This document shows, in pieces, positions 17,073 to 25,560 of a stretch of DNA of 64,000 nt (positions are counted from its first letter, which is position 1; each line of letters begins with the position of its first letter). A program made the translations under genes and the position numbers. Origin of the DNA: Clostridia bacterium (lineage in GTDB: Bacteria; Bacillota; Clostridia; Oscillospirales; CAG-272); assembly GCA_017453305.1 (NCBI GenBank), contig JAFTKJ010000011.1, positions 3,729 through 67,728 of the forward strand, in the 5' to 3' direction. The notes under the pieces are model-generated. The model worked only from the letters and a program-made list of their open reading frames with translations. It ran no database searches and was not told where the DNA came from.

Positions 17073-19217
17073 TTATACACGGTACTGGATTTCTGTAATA
17101 ATGTTGGAAACAAGGCCGACCAGCTTTGCAAGCAACATACTGAACAGAAGCACCAGGAACACGATAAACGCCATTGCAACGATGGTACCAATAATGGTGA
17201 TCAGGTTCTTGAACAGCGAGTAATCGTGCGTGATCATCGTACCGAAGAACAGCAACAATGCAACCCAGATGAACGCGATGGTTGTGACCATCTCAACGAT
17301 TGCAACCTCGGTGGTGCTGACCCAGTTGGATCCCAGCGTTGCGGGGATAACCAAAAGAATCAGAGGCATCAACGAATACGACGATGCAATAAAGATGTCC
17401 TTAAAGCTACCTTCACCCTCCATCAAGGTGGTCAAGCACCAGTTTGCAAGGACGAAGAGGAACAGGGGAACCAATACGGAAATTGCCTGTGCCCAAATGG
17501 TGGTGGTGTTACCGGTAGGATTCATAACGTAACCCTGACCGATGCCCTGGTAGAAGAATGCAACTACCGTCAATGCAATGAATACCAAGGATGCGCGAAC
17601 GGATCCGCGGTGCTCATGCTTTAAGTCGTAGAAGCCGTCAAACGGATGGAAGATCACGTAGAAGCCGTAAAGAAGCTCATGGCCAAACGCTTTTCTTTCC
17701 TTACCGTCGGTAGCAACACGCTTGTTGACCTTTGCAGCCCAACCCAGGAACTTGATGATAGCAACGATCAAAACGATGATGATCGCTACGATAGGCAGGA
17801 ACCATACCGACATCCACTCCTTACGTACCATCTTGTACGCCTCGGACCAGTTTTCGGTATCGTATGCACTTTCATAATACTCCAATGCTTCGCCATAGTC
17901 TGCGCTACGGTACATCGCGTTACCGATACCAACGTATGCGGCGTCGAAGTTAGAGTTTCTCTGCAGAACCTTCTTCCAGCACTCGATTGCGAAATCGTAG
18001 TCCAGGGAGTTCTCTGCTGCGATTGCCTGAACCAGCAGATCGCCGTACTCGGTACGGTCATAAATAATAATACTGTTGGAGCCTGCATCCAGGATGATCA
18101 TCTTGTTGCCCTGATATGCAATTGCACCTACGTTTGCGATACTACCCAACATGGTACCGGTATCACCAAACGCAAACAAAAGGTTACCGTTAAAGTCGTA
18201 GGTGTAGATCTTCTCACGCTTGGTATCCACAATGGACCAAGTCTTTTCGGGACCTGCTGCTACGTCAACGACGGTGGAAACACCGCTGATCTCGGAGCCG
18301 GTAAAGCCGAAGATATCGATTTCACCTGCCGGAGGCCAGAAGCCGTTACGTCTCATAATTTCGTCACCCGAGGGGTTAAGCAACTTAACGGGCATATACT
18401 TACCGTCCTTGGACTTACCTCTGATTGCACCGGATACCGAACCTTCCTCGATACCTGCGGTGGTTACGTAGATAAATCCGTCGTCGGTAATTGCGATGTT
18501 GTTGTAGACAACGGAGGTCTTACCATAGGTCAGCTTTCTCTGTGCCTCAGTCTGGAAGTTTCTCCAAAGAATCTCCCATGCGGAAATGGTAACTGCCTGT
18601 GCACCGATGAATCCTACAAATTCACCCTCAGAGTTCATAACGATGATACCCTGGTTGGTGGAGGAGGATACAACATAGATTCTGCCGTACTGGTCAATTG
18701 CCATTGCCACGGGCTTGTATGCCGCGTTTGCATCGAACAACTGGCTTTCGGGAGCGTCCAGAATCTGCTTGAATTCACGAGTCTTTTTATCAAACTCGAT
18801 CAAACGGCTGTTACCGGTGTCACACACCCAGATGGAGGTATCGGTAACGAATACTCCCTCGGGAAGGGAGAACTTATCGTTGTTACCTGCGCTGTTCTGG
18901 AAGGTGGTGATGCATGCTTGATACTCGAAGTAACGGTTGAGGATCAGGATCTGGTTGTTACCGCTGTCGGCAATATAGATGTTGCCTTCCTTATCGGTAA
19001 TCAGGTCCTTAGGATCCTTCATATCCTGCGGCAAACCCATTTCTACGTACGTCAGCGCTTCCTCGGGAGAATACGCATCGGGAGAATAGAGGGCGGAGCC
19101 GTCGATGGAGTAGGTATAGGTCTGATAAGCGGAAGATGCGGCAGTGCCGATCGTCATCATCGGAATGAGCATTGCGAGAGACAATATCAGCAATAAAACG
19201 GATGTAATTTTCTTCAT
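17073..19217 (-). CDS. Exported NHL-repeat beta-propeller + TPR-like segment fused to a C-terminal multi-pass Yip1-like membrane domain (714 aa)
   Basis: Signal peptide MKKITSVLLLILSLAMLIPMMTIGTAASSA. NHL-like blades (GNIYIADSGNNQILILN, IWVCDTGNSRLIEF, RIYVVSSSTNQGIIVMN, NKMIILDAGSNSIIIYD). TPR-like region AIECWKKVLQRNSNFDAAYVGIGNAMYRSADYGEALEYYESAY. About 6 TM helices from aa 471. AAGGAGGG lies upstream. Confidence 0.8.
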   Translation of the reverse strand: MKKITSVLLLILSLAMLIPMMTIGTAASSAYQTYTYSIDGSALYSPDAYSPEEALTYVEMGLPQDMKDPKDLITDKEGNIYIADSGNNQILILNRYFEYQACITTFQNSAGNNDKFSLPEGVFVTDTSIWVCDTGNSRLIEFDKKTREFKQILDAPESQLFDANAAYKPVAMAIDQYGRIYVVSSSTNQGIIVMNSEGEFVGFIGAQAVTISAWEILWRNFQTEAQRKLTYGKTSVVYNNIAITDDGFIYVTTAGIEEGSVSGAIRGKSKDGKYMPVKLLNPSGDEIMRRNGFWPPAGEIDIFGFTGSEISGVSTVVDVAAGPEKTWSIVDTKREKIYTYDFNGNLLFAFGDTGTMLGSIANVGAIAYQGNKMIILDAGSNSIIIYDRTEYGDLLVQAIAAENSLDYDFAIECWKKVLQRNSNFDAAYVGIGNAMYRSADYGEALEYYESAYDTENWSEAYKMVRKEWMSVWFLPIVAIIIVLIVAIIKFLGWAAKVNKRVATDGKERKAFGHELLYGFYVIFHPFDGFYDLKHEHRGSVRASLVFIALTVVAFFYQGIGQGYVMNPTGNTTTIWAQAISVLVPLFLFVLANWCLTTLMEGEGSFKDIFIASSYSLMPLILLVIPATLGSNWVSTTEVAIVEMVTTIAFIWVALLLFFGTMITHDYSLFKNLITIIGTIVAMAFIVFLVLLFSMLLAKLVGLVSNIITEIQYRV

Positions 19218-19227
19218 ATTGCCCTCC

Positions 19228-20100
19228 TTAATCCTTCATACCGCTGGAGCCCATCGTCTCAATGATATTCGACTGAGAAATAACGAATACCAAAATCGGA
19301 ACCATCATCATCAACACGGTTGCGGCTGCAGATGCACCTGCACGCTTAATACCGCCTGCGGTGATCTGACCGATTGCGTAGTTGAAGGACTTGAGCTGCT
19401 CGGAATAGATGTAAATCGACGAACCTGCGTTCCACAAAGACTGGAACGAATAAATGATCAACGTCAGCCATGCAGGCTTAACCATCGGCATTGCGATCGT
19501 CCAATAGGTACGAATTTCGCTTGCGCCGTCAAGTCTTGCACTCTCCAAAACGGTATCCGGAACTGCAGAGTCCATAAACTGCTTCATCAAGTAAAGACCC
19601 AAGGTGTAGCCCCATGCGGGAACGATGATTGCCCAGTAGGTGTCAACCATGCGGAATGCACTCATCAACATAAAGCCGGTGATTGCACTAACCGTCTGGT
19701 GGAACATCAGAGAGGTCTGAATGGTGGTAAACACGAGCTTACCGCCGGGGAACTTGATCTTTGCCAATGCGTATGCACACATAGAAGCAATGAACAAGTG
19801 TCCAAACGTACCCATCACAGAGGTGAATACGGTGTTAAAGATGTAACGCGAGAACGGAACCCACGAATCGTTCATCAAGGTGAACAAGTCGGTAAAGTTG
19901 GACAGCGTCGGGTTTTGCACGATGAATCTCGGAGGATACATCCACAACTCATCCAAAGGCTTGAGCGACTGAGAGATAACGTACACCATGGGGAGGAACA
20001 TGAAGATACCGAGAAGCGTCAGTACAACGGTAATACCGGCATCGCCTCCCGCAGAGCGGGATAATACGACTCTATGCTTTCTTGTTCTTAATCTTGCCAT
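19228..20100 (-). CDS. Carbohydrate ABC transporter permease (MalG-like, 290 aa)
   Basis: EAA loop ESARLDGASEIRTYWTIAMPMV and six TM helices. The start is 1 nt after the upstream stop. Confidence 0.9.
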   Translation of the reverse strand: MARLRTRKHRVVLSRSAGGDAGITVVLTLLGIFMFLPMVYVISQSLKPLDELWMYPPRFIVQNPTLSNFTDLFTLMNDSWVPFSRYIFNTVFTSVMGTFGHLFIASMCAYALAKIKFPGGKLVFTTIQTSLMFHQTVSAITGFMLMSAFRMVDTYWAIIVPAWGYTLGLYLMKQFMDSAVPDTVLESARLDGASEIRTYWTIAMPMVKPAWLTLIIYSFQSLWNAGSSIYIYSEQLKSFNYAIGQITAGGIKRAGASAAATVLMMMVPILVFVISQSNIIETMGSSGMKD

Positions 20101-20101
20101 A

Positions 20102-21049
20102 TTAAGTACCTACCTTTGAGAGAGCTTTCTTAACGATCGTGTTCGCAACGATCATGATCGTAAAGAGTATAACGGCAATGGTGGAAGAATAACCGATCTC
20201 GTAACGGGCTCCGCCGTAGTCGTCCAAATGGTGCGTAATGGTATGTGCTGCGTAGTCAACCGAAGGGAATCCGCAAAGTGCGGTAACGACACCACCAAAA
20301 CCAAAGGAATTGGTGATTGCCATGACTGCACCGAACATCAGCTGCGGCTTCATGCTCGGAAGAGTGATATACCAAAGCTCCTGCCAACGGTTCTTGACAC
20401 CGTCAACGGCACCTGCCTCGTACAGGGAGCGGTCTACGCCCTGCAAACCTGCGATAAAGGACAGGAAGGAGTGACCCAAGGAGGTCCAGAGTGCAACCAC
20501 AATACACAAAGGCATGATGTAATCGGCATCCTTAAACCACTGGATCGGCTCGGTGATCATACCCGTTTCGATCAGAGTTGCGTTAACCCAACCGTAGGAG
20601 TCACCGGAGAACAGCGTACCCCAGATCATATACACCTGACCGGAAATGGAAGGTGCATAGAAGATCAAGGTTACAACCGCACGGATGCGGGGAGGCAGCT
20701 CGTTGATGAACCAAGCTACCAGGAAGGACATCAAGTAGGAAGCAGGTCCTACGATGGCCGCAAAGATCAAGGTGTTCTTGCAGGCGATGAGGAAGATATC
20801 GTCTGCAAAGAACAGGTTGACGTAGTTCGTAAGCCAAACGAAGTTCGGCCATTGCAACATGTTAAAGTCGGTAAAGCTGATGATGAAGGACAGGATGACC
20901 GGGAAAATGGTAAAGAGTGCGAAAATCAGCACGTAAGGAAGGATCATCAGGTATGCAACCCAATTTCGTCTCATTTCTCTCCGCACGTATTGACCATAGG
21001 TCATGTCTTTTCTGGCAACCGCTTTATATTCTGTCTTTTCTTTTGACAT
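20102..21049 (-). CDS. Carbohydrate ABC transporter permease (MalF-like, ~315 aa)
   Basis: EAGAVDGVKNRWQELWYITLPSM EAA loop. Start chosen at MSKEKTEYK (ATG 21049) behind AAGGAGAAAG. The ORF is open to a TTG at 21091 that overlaps the SBP stop. Confidence 0.85.
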   Translation of the reverse strand: MSKEKTEYKAVARKDMTYGQYVRREMRRNWVAYLMILPYVLIFALFTIFPVILSFIISFTDFNMLQWPNFVWLTNYVNLFFADDIFLIACKNTLIFAAIVGPASYLMSFLVAWFINELPPRIRAVVTLIFYAPSISGQVYMIWGTLFSGDSYGWVNATLIETGMITEPIQWFKDADYIMPLCIVVALWTSLGHSFLSFIAGLQGVDRSLYEAGAVDGVKNRWQELWYITLPSMKPQLMFGAVMAITNSFGFGGVVTALCGFPSVDYAAHTITHHLDDYGGARYEIGYSSTIAVILFTIMIVANTIVKKALSKVGT

Positions 21050-21087
21050 TTGCTCTTTCTCCTTACATTTGTATTTTAGAAGAGGTC

Positions 21088-24000
21088 TCAATAAGAAGCG
21101 AGTGCCTCAGCAGTGTCGCGCAGCGCCTCTGCGATGAAGTAGATCAGCTCAAGCTCGGACAGATCTTTAATTGCGTATCCGCCGACGTCATAGCCGTCCT
21201 TCTTCTCGGGCTCAAGAGTCTGCTTGGTTACGTTATTATAATAGGAAGGAACCGTTTCGAGATCGCCGTTCACCTTCATGATCTCCTTTGTGCTCTTATC
21301 CCATTTTGCTGCCAAGAGCTCGTCAAAGAGGATTGCTGCTTCTTCCAAACGAACGATATTACCGTTGACAATACCGTACATTGCCTTATCGATTGCTGCC
21401 TGATACTGCGCAACGTCGGAAGTAGTTTCCTTCAATGCGTCAATCGCAGTTCTGATCTGGTCGGATCTCTTTTCGGAAAGCTTCTGACCAAGCTCCAGAG
21501 TTTCAAGTCCAAACTCCTTACGCTTACGGGTGATCTCGGTGTTGATGGTGTTGATGTAGCTCAACAGCTCGGTGGTCGGATCTGCGCCGTCATTGTATGC
21601 GGAGAGGAATGCGAAGTTGGTGTGACGTCCAATGAAGTAGAATCCGGGGTAGTTTTCAATTGCGGAAAGGTTCTCAAACTGCTTGGAAACCTCGATGTAC
21701 TCATCGTAGGTCCAAGGCATACTTGCAAGTGCCTCGCGGTTTGCGGTGGAGTGCTTTGCGGAGTCACCGATGATAGCAACCATTTCGTTCGCGTATGCGA
21801 TCTGTGCCTCTGCGCCGGTGTACCAGCACATGTAATCCCAAGCGTCCTTGGTGTTGGTGGTACCGGAGATCATAACGACTGCCGCAGTAGCTGCCATGGT
21901 CTGGTTATCGATCTTGCCGGTCTCCTCGTTCAGCGTTCCGGGAACGGGAACGAACGTCCAACAGCCGTCCAACTCGGTTGCAAATACCTTCAATTGGTTA
22001 TAAAGGCCGGTGTAACCAGCAAGGATGATGGGCATTTCACCGGTTCTGAAACGGTTTGCCGCATCGTACTGATAGGGGAAGGAATACTGCGTGAACATGT
22101 CACACATCTTGTTAAACGCTGCCAAGCCGTACTCGGAGTCGAGGTTGATTCTCATACCCTCGTCAGCCCAGATGCTACCGCCCATCTGATAGAGGAAGGG
22201 CATGTAGTCGGTGGTAACACCGATTTCCATGTTGTTGGACTGAAGCTTGGACTGTGCTACGTACAGGTCATCCCAGGTGCGAGGAATTTCAATGCCAAGA
22301 TCCTGCAGAACGTCCAGACGAACAAACATCATAGAGAAGCTCTGCGTTTCGGGCAGACCGTAGTAGTGCATGATATTATCTGCGTCCGCGATACGAAGAA
22401 CCGTCAGCGCAGCTTCATTAAAGTTGGAAATAACGTCCTCGAAGTTATCGGGGTCAATATCCTCAACCTGGAGCAATGCTCCACGAATTGCATAGTTGAT
22501 AACCGTGTCGTCGCCCAGACCGTGGTATACGTCAGGTCCCATGCCTGCCAGGATAGAAGGCAGGAGCGTACCGCCGGTAACCAGCTTCAGGTCTACGGAC
22601 TTGCCATACTGCTGAGTAAAGCTGTTGGTTGCAAGGTTACGAATAACGTTTGCCTGGTCACGACCGTAAGGAACCCATACGGTGATCGCTTCAACATTCT
22701 CACCAAGCTCCTCGGTAGCACCCATGCTGTTGTAGTCACGGAAGAAACTCCAGAAGAAGCCTCTGATCTCGTGCCAGAATGCCTGGAAGAAGTTTGCGGA
22801 AGCCTTGGGAGCCTCAACCTCTGCAGGCTGGATCACAAGGTAGTCAAGCTGCAACGGCTGGGTCTTTGCGTCGCTCAGGAAGGTACCCAAGGAACCAACG
22901 TAGCTCTTGAAGGTATCCAGGTTCTTTGCGATGGGGTCACCGCCCTTGATAACCATTCTGCCAAGCAAATCTACCAATTTATCACATACGCCCGTGTAGG
23001 TGGATGCAACGCCCGCACCCTCGCGCAGGAATTGAGAAATCGCAGTCAAGGAGTCGATCTCTGCAAACATGCTGTCCAGAGTCTCGGGAAGCATACTATA
23101 GAATTTGTAATCACGGTAGTCGTCGGGGGTAGTACCGGTCAACTGAATGATATCCAGATAGTCCTGGTTGAGCGCATTCAGAATACGCTCGATCTCGCGG
23201 ACGGTATCACTCATCGTACCAAAGGTAACCTTAAGATTGATGGTGTAAATAACACCCTTTTGGAAGTAAAGCTGATAGCTTTCATCCGAAAGATTACCGG
23301 TAGAGGACAGCTTGGTAACCTGCCAGTCGGTACCGTAGTCGTAGCGAAGACCTGCAGCCTCGGAGAAGGGCAAGCCGTTGTAGTAGCCCGCTGCGGTGTT
23401 CTGAGCCGCAACGTAAGCCTCTTCGCTCTCGTAGTTGGTAGTAATCGTCAGTGCGCGGCTGACGTACATACCGTCAAGGTAACTCTGCTTAAAGCGCGCA
23501 TAAATGTCATACCAACCGGAATCGTCAACGGAGAAGGAGTACTCAACCCACTGACCTGCAGTTGCCCACTTTTCGGTACCAATGGTGTTCAGGATCATTC
23601 TCTTGGGATCCACGGGAGAGGTCAGTGCAGATGCACGGTCCTCAATCGGGTAAATAACGTTGGTGGAGGTTTTGTTGGTGTTCTCTGCCTCGATCTTGAT
23701 CACGCTGGTGCCGTTCTTGGTGCCAACCAACTTCTCAAGAGCCTTACGGTAATCTGCATAGGAATAGGTGGACTCGTAAGGAAGAAGCGTCAGCGTGGAA
23801 AGAGCCATAGGCTCGTTGACGCTGTCAAGAGCGATCTTAACAAGACCGTTTTCATCGGGAGTCAGCACAAAGCCGAAGTGCTCACTGTCGTAAGTTCCAA
23901 CTTTTTCGCCCTCTGCGTTCACAGCCTCGTAATAGTGCGTATAACCGTCGCTATCACTGATGATGTAATTTCTCCACTCGGGAGTCTGCAGCTGAGTGGG

Positions 24001-24993
24001 ACGAATCTCGTTGTTGTTGATATCGGTTGCGAGGAAGCGCAGACCGTATTTTGCAACAAACGCGCTGTTTTTGGCAGTGGAATACTCAGGCTGAACAAAG
24101 GTGATGGACTTTTGGTCCTGCGCTACCGTGTAGGTAACGTTTGCCTTGAAGCCTGCATCCTCAGCCTCGGCAACGATCGCGTTCAGATCATCTCTGCCGC
24201 CAAGGGTGTAGGTTGCAACCAGAGCCTTCAGGTTTGCATCCGTATCACCGGTGGTGCTTCCCTGCTGATAAGAACCCCAGATTTTGGAGAACAGCAGTGC
24301 ATGCGCCTCGGAGAAAACGGGCTTACCATTAATGTAAAGCTCACGCTCGATCGCAGAAGATCTTGCCACAACGGGGAAATAATCCAAGCCGATGCGGTAA
24401 AGCGTAGCGGCAGTAATGCCCTCTGCCTTCAGATCAACCGTCCAGGTCACCTTGCCGCGGCCGGGAGTATAGATCGCTTTCACGCCCTGGTACTCATCGG
24501 TAACGTATGCAAGGTCGGACGCCTTGTACTTTGCCTTGCCATTATCGTCCTTCGCTGCAAGCGCGTCCTCCAGGGAAGCATAGGTCTCTGCAATTGCACA
24601 CAGACGACCATCCTCCACCGTGTACAGCTCACTTGCTGCGTAGCCCGCCGCGGTAGCCTCGGCAACAGTCTCAAAATAATCCTTGGAGAGAACGGTCATC
24701 TTCCATACACCGTCTGTCATGGTGATGATGACGTTGTCACACTCGTAAACCCAGTTATCGGTCAAGAGAGCCGTAATCTCCTTGGTTGCCTGTGCCGCGT
24801 TGGCAAAATACATTGCCTGATACTCGGCATAGGAAACCATGTTCAGGGTTTCCTTGTAGTGCTCAATGGATTTGTCCGTAAGGTTGTCGTTTACTACCGT
24901 AGCACCGACAGCCGTTACAGCGCTGCTCACAAGACACATGAGTGCCAAAGCCAAACAAAGGAGTCTTGTGAAAGTCTTGTTTCTCATTTGCAT
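21088..24993 (-). CDS. Giant (~1301 aa) extracellular solute-binding protein: N-terminal beta-sandwich/CBM-like modules + helical linker + family-1 SBP domain + helical C-terminal tail
   Basis: Start MQMRNKTFTRLLCLALALMCLVSSAVTAVGA (ATG 24993, with GGAGGA immediately upstream). CBM-like module VIKIEAENTN...WVEYSFSVDDSGWYDIYARF at nt 23218..23703. SBP-like module ITVWVPYGRDQ... at nt 21529..22692. Confidence 0.85.
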   Translation of the reverse strand: MQMRNKTFTRLLCLALALMCLVSSAVTAVGATVVNDNLTDKSIEHYKETLNMVSYAEYQAMYFANAAQATKEITALLTDNWVYECDNVIITMTDGVWKMTVLSKDYFETVAEATAAGYAASELYTVEDGRLCAIAETYASLEDALAAKDDNGKAKYKASDLAYVTDEYQGVKAIYTPGRGKVTWTVDLKAEGITAATLYRIGLDYFPVVARSSAIERELYINGKPVFSEAHALLFSKIWGSYQQGSTTGDTDANLKALVATYTLGGRDDLNAIVAEAEDAGFKANVTYTVAQDQKSITFVQPEYSTAKNSAFVAKYGLRFLATDINNNEIRPTQLQTPEWRNYIISDSDGYTHYYEAVNAEGEKVGTYDSEHFGFVLTPDENGLVKIALDSVNEPMALSTLTLLPYESTYSYADYRKALEKLVGTKNGTSVIKIEAENTNKTSTNVIYPIEDRASALTSPVDPKRMILNTIGTEKWATAGQWVEYSFSVDDSGWYDIYARFKQSYLDGMYVSRALTITTNYESEEAYVAAQNTAAGYYNGLPFSEAAGLRYDYGTDWQVTKLSSTGNLSDESYQLYFQKGVIYTINLKVTFGTMSDTVREIERILNALNQDYLDIIQLTGTTPDDYRDYKFYSMLPETLDSMFAEIDSLTAISQFLREGAGVASTYTGVCDKLVDLLGRMVIKGGDPIAKNLDTFKSYVGSLGTFLSDAKTQPLQLDYLVIQPAEVEAPKASANFFQAFWHEIRGFFWSFFRDYNSMGATEELGENVEAITVWVPYGRDQANVIRNLATNSFTQQYGKSVDLKLVTGGTLLPSILAGMGPDVYHGLGDDTVINYAIRGALLQVEDIDPDNFEDVISNFNEAALTVLRIADADNIMHYYGLPETQSFSMMFVRLDVLQDLGIEIPRTWDDLYVAQSKLQSNNMEIGVTTDYMPFLYQMGGSIWADEGMRINLDSEYGLAAFNKMCDMFTQYSFPYQYDAANRFRTGEMPIILAGYTGLYNQLKVFATELDGCWTFVPVPGTLNEETGKIDNQTMAATAAVVMISGTTNTKDAWDYMCWYTGAEAQIAYANEMVAIIGDSAKHSTANREALASMPWTYDEYIEVSKQFENLSAIENYPGFYFIGRHTNFAFLSAYNDGADPTTELLSYINTINTEITRKRKEFGLETLELGQKLSEKRSDQIRTAIDALKETTSDVAQYQAAIDKAMYGIVNGNIVRLEEAAILFDELLAAKWDKSTKEIMKVNGDLETVPSYYNNVTKQTLEPEKKDGYDVGGYAIKDLSELELIYFIAEALRDTAEALASY

Positions 24994-25063
24994 TTCCTCC
25001 TGCAAGTAATTAACACTCCGCCCGTTTGTTTTCGTTTGCGCCGCAAGGGGAGAACGTAGGCTT

Positions 25064-25095
25064 CCCATTGCAGTCGGGTACACCGCCCATTGCAG
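25064..25095 (-). repeat. Direct 10-nt repeat (plus-strand CCCATTGCAG x2, 22-nt period) inside the operon leader
   Basis: Exact copies at 25064..25073 and 25086..25095. They lie between the predicted TSS (~25188) and ATG 24993. Confidence 0.8.
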
Positions 25096-25194
25096 CTTTG
25101 GACGATGGTTTTCGCCAATTCTGCACGGTGCGATATCAAACAAACTCTACCAAACGGTCGGATTTTGGGCAGAGTTTCCCCAAATATATATTAT

Positions 25195-25223
25195 ATTGTA
25201 CCATAAAACCGCCTTTCTGTCAA
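25195..25223 (-). promoter_or_regulatory. Sigma-A promoter of the 14-kb operon (TTGACA-17-TACAAT, TGn)
   Basis: Minus strand reads TTGACAgaaaggcggttttatggTACAAT. This implies a leader of about 195 nt. Confidence 0.6.
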
Positions 25224-25532
25224 GTGCAACCATTTCAAAAAAATACTTCCGACCGACTTTTTTCACTCTCAAAATTCACTTATCGGTCAAAACAATATCG
25301 AAAAAAATTTACAAATCCATTTATTCTCATTTTGTTCACAAAGTCTCAAAAACGCACATGTAAATGCCATTTACTGATTTTCGCATCAAAAATCACTTTG
25401 TTTCCAATGTTTTGCGCTATTTTTGTGCAATTTTATAGTGCTGTTTTTCCACAGTTTCCACAAGGTAAATCTCTTTTACCTATTTTTGAGCAATTCTAAA
25501 AAGAAAAGCGCACAAAAACCAACTTTCTTTTT

Positions 25533-25560
25533 TGTGCAATCTGCACAATTTTTGAGCCAA
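25533..25560. promoter_or_regulatory. Three phased 8-mers (TGTGCAAT / TGCACAAT / TGAGCCAA, 9-11 bp period); the first two form the palindrome TGTGCAATCTGCACA
   Basis: Read directly from the sequence. Related copies are TGTGCAAT near 25427 and TGAGCAAT near 25487, within a ~440-nt AT-rich non-coding tract. Confidence 0.4.

Noticed and set aside
20917-25059. A 1380-aa stop-free ORF on the plus strand, antisense to the giant SBP and permease genes. Similar long antisense ORFs occur at 13458..16979 (1173 aa), 3187..5244, 8533..10716, 17646..19196 and 59301..61487.
   Set aside because: These ORFs have no SD or start context. Their composition is odd (Cys/His/Val/Leu/Gln/Arg-rich) with no recognisable motifs. 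The opposite strand in every case encodes proteins with clear family signatures, signal peptides and RBSs. They are shadow ORFs produced by the codon bias of the real genes. The mirror frame is remarkably stop-poor, but I see no evidence that it codes.
24994-25143. A 50-codon N-terminal extension of the giant SBP ORF (TTG at 25143).
   Set aside because: There is no SD at 25143 and the extension is not signal-peptide-like. ATG 24993 has GGAGGA immediately upstream and is followed by a typical signal sequence. The predicted promoter gives a leader covering this region.
25026-25499. A 157-aa plus-strand ORF in the large intergenic region.
   Set aside because: Its product is an AT-rich, low-complexity translation (F/K/Q/S-rich) with no RBS. 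It overlaps the predicted promoter and leader of the operon on the other strand.
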